A stretch of 64,000 nt of DNA from NCBI GenBank assembly GCA_002633005.1, contig NMRA01000322.1, forward strand, positions 124,001-188,000, written 5' to 3'. The number at the start of each line of letters is the position of its first letter. Position 1 is the first letter of the stretch. A model generated the notes under the pieces. It did not search any database. It was given only the letters and a program-made list of their open reading frames with translations, and had not been told where the DNA came from. The translations under genes were made by a program, and so were the position numbers. Source of the stretch: Phoronis australis (Eukaryota; Animalia; Phoronida). This document shows positions 38,561-52,396 of the stretch, in pieces.

Positions 38561-39989
38561 CTGTGTGTGTGTGTTTCAACACAATTTGTCATTTATAGAC
38601 TATATCAGTCGAAGATATTACGCAAGGTGGTTATCACGCAGTTCGGTAGGTTTCCATTGGAGAGGTCTTGACTGGTTGGAGACGAAAGTCCGCCATAAGG
38701 GTAGGTTGTTGATATTAGCCAGTAGAAGACACACAAACACACACAGATAAAGAATGGTTTTAGATGGAAGATTCAGATAAAAGTTCAACCAGAAAAGACA
38801 ATTTTGAAAGTTCATACATGTTGATAGACCTACATACTACATTGCCAGGACAAAGAGAGGTTGACATAGACTTTCATGCTACTAAGTTTCTGATAGAGGT
38901 ACATACACCTATTTCGTTTATTGTTTCAATTTTTGTTCAGGGGATGAAGGTAAAAACCAAATACTGGGGTTGCGCAACGGGAAGCGCGGGAATAGAGATG
39001 GCTTAAAGTTGGATTTCACCGCTATGTAGCTGCCACTGCTGAATTCATAATCGAAACGCATGGAGCTTTAAATGCATTACCACGGTCATCCAATCTTGAT
39101 TGGTTTTTCAAATTACAGACAATGTGTAGATGCATTGTTGGATCGCATTCGGCATTTTCGAATTCGGAATTTTAGGTCGGTCAACCCCAATAAAGTGTAA
39201 AGCGTTTTCCTGTGTCACTGATTGTCTCGATATTCTTGTTATTAACAGGAATGGAATCTTGTCATTGTAATTGAATAATATGACACCAGTTTTTTTAGTG
39301 TAAAAGGTTAATTCGATTTTCCTTTTTAGACAACTAATCATGGCGAAATACAGCTCAAGTTCATAATTTGTCAACGCCAATGGAAAATCTATTAAGGGGA
39401 ACCATATTTTCAAAATTATGCTAAAACTAAATGTATGTGAAACTAAACTTTTTCGTATAAGTGAATTCTATTAGCCGAGGTTGCTGTACCAAGTAAGTAA
39501 TCGGCCGTCGGCTTCGTGAAGAAATTTCCTTGTCGTATTTATATCACATATTACTTTTAATCCACATTTCGCATATACGTCTTGCGACGCCCGCGCACGT
39601 GCCACTTACCCTAGAAGTTATTGTACAGACACGGGACATGATTATTGCAAGGGAGTTGGCGAAAACAATATGGATTAAGATATATATGTGGTATAAATAT
39701 CTTAATGTCAGCTTCGTTAAAATACTTATTCGACACAGCAACCTCAGCTTATAACAATGACTCATATAAAAACATATCTAGTTTAACATATATTTCAACC
39801 ATCACGATAAAAATTGCAATTTTTAGATTTACTACATCTCTTTGCATCACGGCAAGTTGTAGTTGGCATTCAATTGAAAGCAGAAGAAATCGACACAAAA
39901 CGTTGAAAAGAGCCTCACATGCGTTAGTATTAAAAACAGGCGAATACACTGCATGATAAATTTCAGGTCATGTGTCACGTCATACTTAC

Positions 39990-40059
39990 AGGAGACAGTA
40001 GCGGCTCCTAAGGCGGCAACAAGTAGCACGCTTACGCGCCACTGTATCGGCAAATTCAT
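39990..40059 (-). CDS. Gene 2 first coding exon: signal peptide MNLPIQWRVSVLLVAALGAATVS
   Basis: ATG, basic residue, hydrophobic core and small residues, then TCC T|gtaagt (phase 1). An acceptor gtttcag| lies 1 nt upstream of the ATG. Confidence 0.75.
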
Positions 40060-43000
40060 TCTGAAACGGACAACAAAAACTTATTTATTGAACATGGAAA
40101 TGTAATTTGAAGCACGCATTTATACCTGATATCTTAGGTCTGAGTCACATAATGGCTAAAATGGGTGGGTAGAAACTCACAGCAAGAACACCTTCATCAT
40201 TCTTTAGAAGTAAAATTTTTGATTAGTCTTGAGACGGTGGCTACAATTCTGGGATGTTTTCCTTTGAGTATTTTGCCGACATACGCCGTTAATGTGTAGA
40301 ATATGTTTGTCCTTCGATGGGAAAACATTGTCACTTTATGTTCGACATATGCCATCTAATGCATTGCATGAGTTGTTTTGCATCCTGTGGTATTCAGACA
40401 CACGAGGACAACGGAAAGTCTGCTCATTTAACTGTAGCAAATCACTATACGTAGAGTAAGGTCGCTATTCATCCGTGTGTATGCATATCTTACGCCAAAC
40501 TTCGACTCAAAAACTTTAATGGCAATCCTAGTAAAACCTCGCCATCGATTTCAAACATTTTCACTCGTCAAACACGCTGTTAATATTGCCGATGGTTGTG
40601 ACTGACACCTTGGAAGAGATAATTGCTCTGGAAAATCAATATACCTCCTGTTCATTGTTGTATATAGTGCGTGCGTTTCGTATTGTATGCTTTTGCGATT
40701 AACGAAATAAGCGTAGAGTCCTGGCGCAATAAGGTACATGCAAACAAAAAAATGAAATAATGAAATGTTCTCTGATTATTGTAAACAATTCGTAGATATA
40801 GCCACGTGGACAATCGAGCGTTTTCAGACGGCGTCATTTGATGATTCAGTGACTGGAAGAAATATCGTTAACGCCATTACAAACTGTGTCGCGACTAGTT
40901 GATGCACCACGTGGTCATAAAACGTCCGTATTGTTCATGCCCTGTACTTACGTTCTTTTTTAAAAACCATCGACACGTTTTTATGTCAGTCGCGGCTGTT
41001 ATCGCTTCTCTGCTCGAAGACAAACTTTATTTCCCAGACGTGTGCTTTTAAGTTAAAATTAGGTACATTTCTTGATTGTGACAGATGCCACTAATTTGAA
41101 TGCCCAGAGACTCGTAGTATGGTGTCAAGTTAATTTGAATATCACTCAGGACGTTTCTGAGTTCTCGACACCTAGCGTTGGCAATATGAGATGAGTGCTT
41201 TTGCGCTCTACACGTTGAGTCGAAATCAATTTGCGCCCGTGGTTGTTAGCAGACTTCTTGATCTGTTAAGTACAATCTAGAGTTAGAATTAAGTACCAAA
41301 AGTCATGCGATAACATCAAAATCGATATTTGTATAGCGCAAAGTCAACCAAGCAATCCGCTGGAGTCGGTGGTAAAAGCTGTGCTGGTAAATGTTGTGTC
41401 AACGTGTGTTTCTTGCCGGTCCACGATACTGTTTGTAGCAACTAGCATTAAACAATCGGTCAAGAAATGTTCACTGAATATGAGACCGCACCATCCAGTT
41501 ACACTATTATTCCGGATTCAGATTTGACTTGTGTATGCGTAGATCCATGCCTTTCTGGCAACTAATCAAATCCCCTTGTAAAGACATTTCAAGTTCTGCT
41601 AAAAATTGTTGGATCGCACACAAAATTGTATTTGACGGTCTATAAAGTTCAAAGCAATAACAATTTTTTATACGCCCCACTTTGTCGGATTTTTCCAGTT
41701 CAAAAATGAAAACATTCTGAACACATTTTAATGATTGATCAACATGCTTCTTTTCCACAGTAACTACAGGTTCTAAAGTATAAGAATATCACAGTTCACA
41801 AAGGTACCGAAATTTGTAACGGTCAAACATGGCATATATAAATCTGAATTGTAAAATAAACACGGTACTCAATGCCAACCAGTCACCGCCAAGCAAATTA
41901 CGTAACGTGATGCAATATCAAGCTAGCTGTACAATATTGCTCGTCGGAAAATGGAAATCAAGAGGCACTTTTCAAATTTTGTTTCTTCAGCATGTGCCGG
42001 TGGGGTATTATTAAAATACATTTCCTCGGTTTCGTGATCGGTTGTCAAAAAGTAAGCTCCATCAAGTTGCTTCCAAGGCCAAAAATATCGGAGGATTTCG
42101 TCACAGCCATTGAAAAGTAAAAAGGCGCAAACAGCTTACATGAAGTATTGTTGATTCTCTTCCTTGGCTATGGTTGGCTCGGGGCACACACGTGACATGG
42201 ACATGCATTTGAACCGATAAATGAAGACAGAGAAATTCATTTTTATACATTTTGGAAAAAAATAAGTAAATTAAAGATTTCCATGATTGTCGTATTCAAA
42301 AAATAATCTTGATAAGTAGTTAGCATTTGAATCGATGATGAAGGCCAACAATCAGTCGCAAGTATTTGCTGCGTTTACATCATGTATCGAATCTGAGATT
42401 TACTGGGTACACCAATTCGTTTAGTTAATGGTTGATCGCTCACTCGACAGAACATTATACAGAAGTCTGGCGATGAATTTACCCTGACGCCAGGTAAGCG
42501 GATTCCCCAGGTCTTAGTGCCCAATTTACGTAATCACTGTTTTTCTATGGGACTGTCGAGTTTGCGGTAGCCCCGATACAAGCGAATTTTTGTTATCCTA
42601 GGACTGCTTCCTAGTTTGATATTGCGAAAAATGACAAATTTTAGTCAATTCACTTCGTAAATACAAAGATTTCGAAATCATGTAATTTGCGTTGTATTTA
42701 ATAAAACCGTAATTTGAACGTATCACAAGAAGCGTAGTTTAGATTCTTTTCCATTGCATCGATCAGTCAAAATCACTGAGTATTCTGACCAGTGGCAATT
42801 ACAGTGCACACCAACAGAGTACGACAAAGAATGTGCTTTTTCTAGGCTTCAGATTTTGTTCATTGAGACAAATCTTTAATAGTCACAGTATGTGCATGCC
42901 ATAGAATTGCTCAAAAACTTCAGCTATTTTGTACCGAAGGGCACAAAATTTATAAGCAGCTACCGCAAACAGCCTTACCTCAACGCGGGAAAAAATTGGA

Positions 43001-46000
43001 AGCAGTTCCGAATATGCATGTGGATAAATGGGCTCAGTGACCAATTTTCTTTTCATCGTATGGCAGTTGCAAATTGCTGTTACTTTTACCACGTAACCAA
43101 ATATCGCGTGGTCACTAGAAGTGATCAGTTGAAGTGACTCTAAGCTTAAGACTTGGCCTGAGACCGTTTTCGTTACTTAGTAATGTCTCGCGTTATTTCA
43201 CGACCGCCCTCCTTTTAATTTTGGTGTCTTCCCGCCACTGCAATTTTGAGGGATGAATTTTTTAATTTTTTTTGAAGCTTGTGCTGCGAAGCCAGTGGTG
43301 CCGATTTTAAGGGGAATATGTTGGAATGTCATATTCGGTTCCTTTTACTTACAGTTGTTCAAAATTATTGAACATTTTTAAATTACCTTTCTACTTTTCT
43401 TGCTAAGTGGCCTGAGTGCATTAGTAACAATTTGTTGGTTTCATTTTCGGCGACGACGATTAAATACATGAAATTTGCACTGCAAACATTATTTGATGTT
43501 TGAATGTTTTTTATTACCTTATTTATATTGCAATTGCATAAGCATAACTTAAAAAATTCTATATGCATATAGTATTATTTGGTAAAAGGAGCATCGTCAG
43601 TACGTGCGGTCTTTTAGGTTAGAATTCTATGCCACACCAATGTTAGATTTCTTTTAGTAACTGATGACAGAGAATCACAAAAACACCCATGCTATGTTTT
43701 CCTTGGAACGTAGCCGAGTGCTGCCACGTAAAGTTTTGTCCCGCGCGTGACTCGTTTTCCGAGTATTCAGTTTTCTGTACCTCATGATCTTCAAATTTCT
43801 TGACCACAGTGAATCTTTCGCTGGTATTTGGCACATTTAGTAGTAGCGCAGTGGCTTCCCAACATTATTGCACTCGAGTATCGCTACATTAGGTGGATGA
43901 GAATCAAACAGCTCAGAGTGTTTGCTAATGAATGCGATTACTGTACGTATTCAAAACCTTCGACAAAACTTGTTGCGAACATGTCACGTGATTTAGGATT
44001 ACTATTAAAATGAGAATTTGTTAAGAAAAATACACGTAGATAATTTCTTTTCCTTGCCACGTAATAACAAGAAATTGCAATGCAGTTAAGAAACGCATTT
44101 TGATTTTAAACACTTTGGTAGTAGTTTTCATTTCGTCAACTGTCTCATAGGCTGCCATTGGTAGTCCGTAACGTCATCCGTACGCTATATTCGTGTTCCA
44201 CGTTCACTTTATTTGAATGTTTTGTCTCAAGTCCTTTACCGACTCTTGCAATCTTGCCCGCTAATAGCATTGAAGTAGCCATGTAACACGAATCTGGGAT
44301 CAACGAAACACTCTAAATTTCCCAAAACAGAATCACGACTTCTTCAGATAAGTAAAGCACCTGTACACTTCATAACGCGCGTTTTCTAATTGTAAAAGAC
44401 AATATTTAGTTCATTAAACTTCGTGGAATGGTTAGTTTAAATTTCCAGTACAGGGTGAAATGAAATTCAACACAGACAGGTAGTAGGACGTATTGGAATA
44501 TACTCGTTGACAATGCATGGAATTCTGTGTGCGACCATGAATCTAAAGCAAAACATACTAATGCAACGTTTTTAGTCAAACCAATAAGTATCATTGAGCT
44601 TTATCTGGTGACCCCATAAAGTTTTGCTAAAAATAAAACAATGTTCGTAGATTATTTTAAATAGTTTTGAAACTGTGTGTAAGAGGTTCAGGTAAAAGTG
44701 CATGAAGTTAATTTTGCAATTCTGTAGTTATCGTTCCAAAATCCAGTATAATAGTTCATTGCATAATATTTAGCTGTAAGAAGACGGATTAAGTAGCAAC
44801 ATAATAAACTAAAGCAATAATGATAGCTTAAAAAATATTTGAAAAATATGTAAAAGAAAGAAAATAGTCGAGTTGTTCACGGACCATATAAAGGCAAATA
44901 AATAAAGCTGCGTTCAATGAAAACGTATAAAAGCATGACTTCACAGCAATCTCTGAAGCACAGACAAAGTAGGAAAGTGAAAACTGATTTTGATAACATG
45001 AAACTGGCTCTAGGGCGCAGGATTGGACATTTTGCATGCCAACATGTCTTGGCTAACAATAGGTAGGCTATTGATACTGGTGGTCATTTTGTTGTTACAG
45101 GACATTAGGCTTTGGATGTGGTCTGCTCAAAATAACGATCCCATGCAGCACTGCTCTCGAAATTGCGACATTTGCAAACTGATTGGAATAATAAAAGTAA
45201 GATTCAACATTTCCAAACGTGCGTCTTGTCTATTTACAAGTGACAATCATGAATAAAGGAGTATTCAAAAACAATGCAAGCAATACATAAGAAAGTTATA
45301 AATTTCACACGGTGAACACTCATTGGTAAACATAGTCTTACCTTTCGTTTAGTCTTTCTCTCAGTAAACAAACTTCCCTTGGTGTTCCGTTGATTACTTG
45401 TTGCCTTATCTATTTCTTTCACTTGTTAATATGTTTAAATTCCTGTTTTCTTTCCAAAAATAAGATAAATAATTCTACACGTCTAGTATATTCTCGTTAT
45501 AATCGCGTTCTCACTGGCGCACTTTCTCTCGGAGGATATAATTTGCGCTTGCTCAGATTGTTTTGCTGTCACCATGGAAACACGGTCTAATTGAAAAGAT
45601 GCTTAGCTTGCCTAATTGCGTAACTGACTGCGATCTATTGAATTCATCCGCACCCCGTCATCGGGTCTATTGACCGTAGGAACAATATGGAAGTGGATTT
45701 TGATTTGTGTCATTCAAATATTGTAAATCGAGGAATAACGGAGTTCACCCAGCCAATGCGCCCTTATAAAAGAGACTATTTCTGCTTGTATAAATCACGC
45801 TTGGAAAGGAAATGGGACATGTCAAAAGAATATGATGTAATTCACAAACATCGTGATAACGGTGGCGGTTCTCCGAGACCCTTTGCTGTGGACACGCCGT
45901 AAACAGTAATGTGCGTCATTTTGAAAGACTCGTGGTAACGAAAGAGAGAGTATTATATAACCGAATGTTTATCCAAAGTCTTTTGACAGAAATTAAAGAC

Positions 46001-46315
46001 GTCGCGTGTTCATATTTCAATCCTTAAACCACACATCAGCAATACCCAGTTTAAATTTGTAAAAGTGTCTACGGCAGCGGCTTTGTCAAATTCGCATTGC
46101 TCTCTGTTAATATGATGTTATCGATTTTACGGTCTAAAATGCATCTTGGTGACCGGGTAATTGTAGGATTGGGTAGACTTCTTGAACATATTAGTCTTGT
46201 GCTATAAGACACCAAATCCCGTTGTGTGTGACTTTATTTCAAATCGTAAAATCTCGCCGTTGTCTGCCGGACATTCCCTTAAATAAAAGCTGTCATTTAA
46301 CGACTCCGTTTTAGT

Positions 46316-46460
46316 TCCGCTGGCCTAAGTTCCGCTAGCAACATTGATTCATCAAACGCTAGCAGAGAGACAGCGGAGGTTCCAGGTTCGATTTCACTTT
46401 TCTCGCCGATCGTATCCTTTATACAAAGGAGTGAACAATGGTTACTGGCGTGTAACAACT
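46316..46460 (+). mobile_element. Possible decayed tRNA-derived SINE
   Basis: A-box-like TGGCCTAAG and B-box-like GGTTCGATT, then aggagtgaacaatggttactggcg resembling a metazoan SINE central domain. Confidence 0.3.
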
Positions 46461-46699
46461 AAAAAATGAGGGCCCGGTTGCACAAATAGGTACGCGGAAT
46501 AGTTTTATGAAACCCATCTCAGCTGACTATTTTAGATAATGCATTGTTTACAGACGGCATTGGGTTCTGTTTAGGTTTTGGTTACATTTCTTCACATAAG
46601 ATAGCCAGGCAGATCTACACTGAGCATGGCCTAAAATTTTCAGTTTTTCTTAAATTCAGTGTTCAGTGACTCCAATACATTGTTGTGTCTTGTTTCGTT

Positions 46700-47297
46700 T
46701 TAGGCGCAAAGAGTTTAATTTGCTGCGACAGGCAGTACCATGCAACAACGTCGGTGGAGCAATATATATTTATACAACTTGCACTTTATCTCGCCGGTTA
46801 TCTATGCATTTACAGAATGGATCAATTAAAGATCACTTCCAAACACTCCACAAACAGAAAATTTCTCGTTCAGATATTGTTGACAATACCATCGTCAGGT
46901 ATTTCGAACGTGACTCCTTTCGTTTGAAAATACTCGAAGCTTTAATAATAAAAACTGAAACTCCTGACATAAATTCCCATGATACTGGGTTCCATCGTAC
47001 CTTGTCGTTATAAAAATAATATCCATAACTTGTAACACCTATGCATTTTAATAAATTTTTATAACGTTTCATAGTACATTAGTTTCCATGACAATTCCTC
47101 CTGTAATTGCGCTCTTATGTATGCAACTTCATATTCGTGTTTAATGTCATTGTTCTTGTTTCATGTATCTTACACGGTAGCGTTTATGATTTTTAAATTT
47201 ATTTGCCTTTGATGACTGATGTATAGTCGAAGTACCGCTACTGTTTTATTATGATATGTTTTGATGTTTTGTACAGAGTTTTATTATATATTTACTC

Positions 47298-47348
<51 letters not shown>

Positions 47349-47520
47349 TGTTTGTGTGTGTGACTGTGTGTGTGTGTGTGTGTTCGTGATGCCACTTACA
47401 CTGGGCGATCTATTGTATCAACTACCATCCGATGAAAGACACTTGTGTAGACACTACGAAAGTTTGTTGTACAAACTAATTGAAGCCAAGAACAGGTTAT
47501 TACTTTTCAATGAAAAAAAA
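46700..47520 (+). mobile_element. Penelope-like retroelement remnant: GIY-YIG 3' end, pseudo-LTR and repeated ORF start
   Basis: TTCTLSRRLSMH...IKDHF...H...RLKILEALIIK...PDIN (ORF 46666..47013) matches the PLE GIY-YIG C-terminus. After a (GT)n tract, MPLTLGDLLYQLPSDERHLCRHYESLLYKL...FNE resembles a PLE ORF N-terminus. Confidence 0.75.
47307..47383. repeat. (GT)n microsatellite
   Basis: Direct inspection. Confidence 0.95.
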
Positions 47521-47727
47521 ATGTATATATACATATACTTATACATATGTAACAAAAATGTTAGTGTAAAACCGGAGGTTCGTCATCCACAGCAAGCCTG
47601 CGTCCAGAGAACAGAAGAACTTCTAACAAAATTGTAGAGGGGGGCTGGGAAAAGTGAGGGCCAAATATTCCGACGGAAGAACTTAGCATCTCAGTTTCAC
47701 GTCAAAAGCTACACTCGCCTGTCATCT

Positions 47728-47858
47728 CATGGGCGGCGCACCATAGGGAGCTGGGGCGGGGGCTATAGCCCCACTTTTCAGTCAGTATGTGCCTTCCACG
47801 GTCTGTGGTCGGTGCACCCCTTCCCCACTTTTTTCCAGCCAGTGCTGTGCCGCCCATG
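47728..47858. mobile_element. Small GC-rich MITE-like element
   Basis: Terminal inverted repeat CATGGGCGGC...GCCGCCCATG. Confidence 0.55.
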
Positions 47859-49991
47859 CACTCATCTGATGGGAGCAATGACGATCTGGGTCGGGACCTC
47901 AGATAAAAGTAACCAAAACATAATCATAATTATTATAAACTCGGTTTTTGATTGGTTTGTTTAGGGTCCACCGGACCCAACTGTGATTATAATAATAAAA
48001 GAAAACAGCTATATAAGGATTTGTCATTCTTTATTCAAATCTCACAAGCTTGTTCAACTTTAGACACGTAATATAAAGCACCTTGTACTCAATACATGTA
48101 ACCAAATGCTGATCTATACGTTCTCAAAATTCTTTAATACCGCTCATTCTTCAAAATCCTGTATTATATATTTTTTATGTGTTGTTCCTCGACATTTTAC
48201 GTATTGTCGCGCCTGTTTTATCAACGGTTAGTCCGAATCATGAAAGGTGCAACAATACACAGAAACGGTTACTGTGAATGTCAGTGGTACCGGCACGACC
48301 AGACTTACAATTTGGTCATCGGCTGGCTAAAAAAGCACATTGTACCATAGGCGACTCACAGAGACATTGCCTGATTTACTTTTTATTTGTTTTTCACATT
48401 TTCTCTGACGGTAGTTCTGTCCTTTCGAAACTTTTCACACAGTAATCTAATATAGCAAAATAAAAAATGATATGTGCGACCCACTTCATGCAACGAGAAC
48501 TCACATGACGACCAGTCACTAGGGGACGATACACAATCACGTCCGCACCAGTGCTACTGGGCCAGTGTGTTGAGCCCTTCAAGGAGCACAAAAAAGGCAT
48601 TTGTAGACGACACAGAAGCGCCCACGCAATGTTAACGCTAAGGCGTTACCGTTTCCGCACGTCAGAGGAACAGACATTTATTGGCTTAGCAAACGGCGGC
48701 ACGTGCACCTCATGCAAACCACTTTTAAACACAGCGTCTACTGGGAAACGAAGGCCACGATTCAATGTGATCTTACACAGTTTTAAAGCTGTGACATTCT
48801 ACCTGAAGAGAAAATCTCTTCAGGCGTGAAATCGTGGAGTTTGAGAATTACCTAAACAACTAGTTTTCATATATCATCTGGTTTTCGTATTGAATAAAAA
48901 ATTAGTTACCCCAGTCATATTTTTAATGAATTCCAGACGATTTCAAGCTAGTGTTGAGATTCTACTCTGTATGACTTTCATTCAGTCAGTCCCTAATTGT
49001 CGGCAAGTGCTTGCAAGAGCACTCGCGAACACATGGAGCTGACCATTTCTCCAGCCATTATCTCGTTAAACCCCCTCCTGAACACATGCACAAGGGCATA
49101 GGCACTCGAGTCCCGCCAACAATCTCGTCTGGCAACGAATCATGGGGGTCCTCTACACCAAGGGAATGATACTGTAGAAGAAGTCATGCAGTTCTAGTCA
49201 GAAGTAAGATTTAAGAGAAAAAAGAAATACGAGATATGTGATTGTCTGTCGAATAGTGGAGGTTACCCCCAGACTCAGTTGCAGCAGACGGACGTGGGAA
49301 CTTCCAGTGGCCCTGGTATCATGCATTCAAGAAGAGCTGTGTTCTACTTTTATAAAGTCACGAGACCAGCCTGACTCATTTTGGGGTTTCGTGATAAAAA
49401 ATACAAACAACTTAAACAGGCCAATGACTTCTATAGGACAATGAGTCAAACTGATCAATAAAATCTTTAAAACACACGTATGATTTTTTCTCGTCAAGGT
49501 GCCCTAATGAGATGTAACAGAAAAGAAAATGGTGAGGTAATCTGATGAGATATTTGGACTGAAAGCTCAGAAAATCAGAGCACCTTTTTTCTACACTTTG
49601 TAATAAAAATAAGACATATAATCCTATCACGCACAATTTGCTGAGCAGGTTTAACTAACCAAGCATGACAAATCCCAGAGACCACTGCAATAGTCGTGGT
49701 CCTTAAATGGCCATCTTAACAAGGTGGAGTCGGCAGCAGTATGAGCTGCCGACGCCACCTGGTGTTCAACTAGTGCACAGTATTCGGGAGACGTGATTCC
49801 ATGGACGTGTATATTAATTAAGTACCTTCATAAGTGACCTATTCTTAAGTTACTGAGGAACCTGTCATGCCTGGTCAGAGGAAATGCCTGATCCATTGAA
49901 AACATATCACAGTTAAACACACAAATATAGTATCCATAACACATTCCTTGCAGTTAAACTCTATATAAGCTTGAGTTTAACCCATCTTGGT

Positions 49992-50064
49992 CTAGGCGTG
50001 ATCTGTACGCTGCTCATCTTCATTTCTCTGACCGGCCAGGTCAGCTGAGCCAACCTTGGATGGC
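49992..50064 (-). CDS. Gene 1 probable last coding exon (cytoplasmic tail RPSKVGSADLAGQRNEDEQRTDHA*)
   Basis: aatttcag|G CCA...GCC TAG; phase 2 matches the AAG AG| donor of the TM exon. Confidence 0.6.
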
Positions 50065-50807
50065 CTGAAATTGTTTAAAATTGATTAGTAGTTGATTGCA
50101 CAGAATAAGCATGCGCAACATCAAACACATGAAAAACGCTGTCAAATTGTGATTAGCAAATTTTGCTAAAACACTGAAAAAATAATCATTTTCAGCCAAC
50201 ATTCATGATCAAGTTTGGGACCGTCAACAACATTTTGTTTTGAGCCTGTTTATAAGTGGATTTTTGAGGGGCAGTGGGTCCGACTCATTCTGCAAACAGG
50301 ACCAAAAAACATGACATCGAGACATACATGCAATTTTAGGTTTCCCACCAGTACCTTTACTTCGAAAACTGTGACTGGGCCTCGATTACGACAGCTAGAT
50401 GCACGAATGTGGTTTCGACAAAACATAAAATAAGCATTGTGAACGTTCTTCTCTTTTGGAGGATGTTCCAAACGTGACTAAATAATGGGACTTTTGTAAA
50501 ATATGAAATCTTTGACTGAAAACAACCACATTTAAAAGAAATCTCCCGTGGCTACTTCAGACAAGTGTTATACAAAATATTTGGAGACAAATTCTTAATC
50601 TAGAAACGGAATTTCGAACAAGCTGTTATCCAAAATAGCATGCAGAAATGTTAGCGTTTCGCGTGGATCTTGAAAGCAGGGGAGACAAATCAGGTAGAAC
50701 TTATGGAACAATTTAAGAATCTTGTTACAAACATGATCATTTTGTGCCTTGATCAACGGCACGTCAGTAAACAAAGAGCTGGGAATCAAGGATTATCAAA
50801 AATATAC

Positions 50808-51086
50808 CTCTTGATGATTACGATTACGATTATGATGATGATGACAAGACCAACAAGGCCTCCGACGACAGCGACGGCGATGACCCAGGCTTCAGGTCCG
50901 GTAGCCACTGGACTCTTGACAGTAGTCACTGCAGAGGTAGAAGGTTCTGCGGTTGAAGCTGCCACAGTAGTAGTCGTAGGGGCAGCAGTTGTTGGCTGTT
51001 CTGCCTTGGAGACGCCGAGTACAGAAACAGTGATGTTAGTTCCTGCTGGTAAGTTGTCGTTTATGGCTTTGGCGACTGTATTTTGG
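50808..51086 (-). CDS. Gene 1 exon: Thr/Pro stalk plus TM helix (WVIAVAVVGGLVGLVIIIIIVIVII-KR)
   Basis: ctcgcag|C...AAG AG|gtatat; ORF 50786..51112. Confidence 0.9.
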
Positions 51087-52156
51087 CTGCGAGAAAAGAG
51101 ATAAAATTCCAAAAGATCGTTTAAGTTAGGGCAATAATTATTAGAATTATGAGATGAGACGATTTTGTATGGGAAATGGCATGAGTCATCAAGGGATGTG
51201 AGTCATGAATATGAGGAACTGCTGGCAAATTAGAGTTATCTTCATATCTGAATGAATTTAATGTTACAACACCTAGATATGAAGGGCTCCTCTCAATATT
51301 TTCGATGAGGTTTGGATTTAAAATGTAGATAAACTTGTTATTTCTCCTTGTGTTTGACGCCAAATTTGCTTTGATGCGAAACTCTAGTCCTATTTTGGAC
51401 ATATTAATTTACGTTCTCACTAGTGTTTACATCGAACGCAACAGTATACACAGAGATAATCGGCGAAATTCATTCTTAAGACATGTTTCACAATCCACTT
51501 ACACCCAATTGCGCTATGCCTTAAAATAGTCTTTTTCGAAACAGTGACTAAAACCAGGCCTAGTGCGAAATTTGTTACTGACATCAGGTTTTGCAAGCAA
51601 TGAATTCCACAAATCATTTGAAACATTTAATTTTGAGCAGGGACACTAATATGAAACTGTTATGACAATAGCCACAGTTCTGCACAAGGGCTCTATGTGG
51701 ACTGCTCATGTGAGAGGTCTCAGGGAGTGATCTGGGCTGAGTTCCGTAGATACAAGAATCTCACAGGTGCTTTGTTTGTAACCATGGTGATCTCTCGTGA
51801 AGACTTTTGTTTGTTTTCATGAGTGTATTGTTTCTACGGGACGAGCACACGGTAATGACATGGAAAGTTATAAAATTATTCACGAGAATAGAACATGGCT
51901 AATGGAATGTGTGTGTGGAGTATTGCTTTTTTCCAATCTCAGGTAAGTTTCAACAACCGAGCAGAGTAAATAACTTAAAATGTTGGTTCAATATATAATT
52001 TGTGAAGCCTTGTAGTGTCCATATGGGATACAAGGCTGCCTGTCGTGGCTGAGGGTGGCTTAAATCGTGGCTGATAAATAGTTCAGGATATATTTCTCCA
52101 ACAGGGAAGTATTCCTACATGCAGAACATCAGCAAAACCAAACCTGTCTAACTTAC

Positions 52157-52396
52157 GTAGTAACATCCGATAGAATGGCGGTCAGTAGGGCCTGGTCAAT
52201 AGATATCTCGCTGGCACCAATGGTGGCGGCACGCTTGCGCCTCTTCGAGTTTCTAGCAGCGCATAGACTATTACTCTTGTCAGCCTTGAGAATGAAGATA
52301 ACTTCAATTTTGTCGGATGCCATTTGTATCGGATAATTCTCGGCAATGTCGATCTTAGCAGTGGTCGTGTACACCAACGGACTGCTGGCATTTGGC
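52157..52396 (-). CDS. Gene 1 exon: juxtamembrane domain with furin site (SKRRKRAA)
   Basis: tctcag|G...ACT AC|gtaagt; phase 2-2; ORF 52153..52452. Confidence 0.88.

Larger units (their letters stand above)
309..40059 (-). other. Gene 2 span: secreted or surface mucin-like protein with a micro-exon-encoded Ser/Ala-rich region; 3' part lies beyond the window start
   Basis: Signal-peptide exon at 40059-39990, followed by about 25 phase 1-1 Ser/Ala-rich exons with canonical AG/GT on the minus strand. The joined frame of the intact phase-1 exons has no stop. Confidence 0.75.

Noticed and set aside
42480-42520. CTTACCTGGC on the minus strand resembling the U1 snRNA 5' end
   Set aside because: The following sequence does not match U1 stem-loops or an Sm site.
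40100-46300. Short ORFs in the intergenic region
   Set aside because: No recognisable motifs or consistent exon chain; they look like chance ORFs in AT-rich DNA.
51121-51402. IENIERSPSYLGVV as a LINE RT C-terminal motif
   Set aside because: Only a four-residue match with no other RT motifs; too weak to call.
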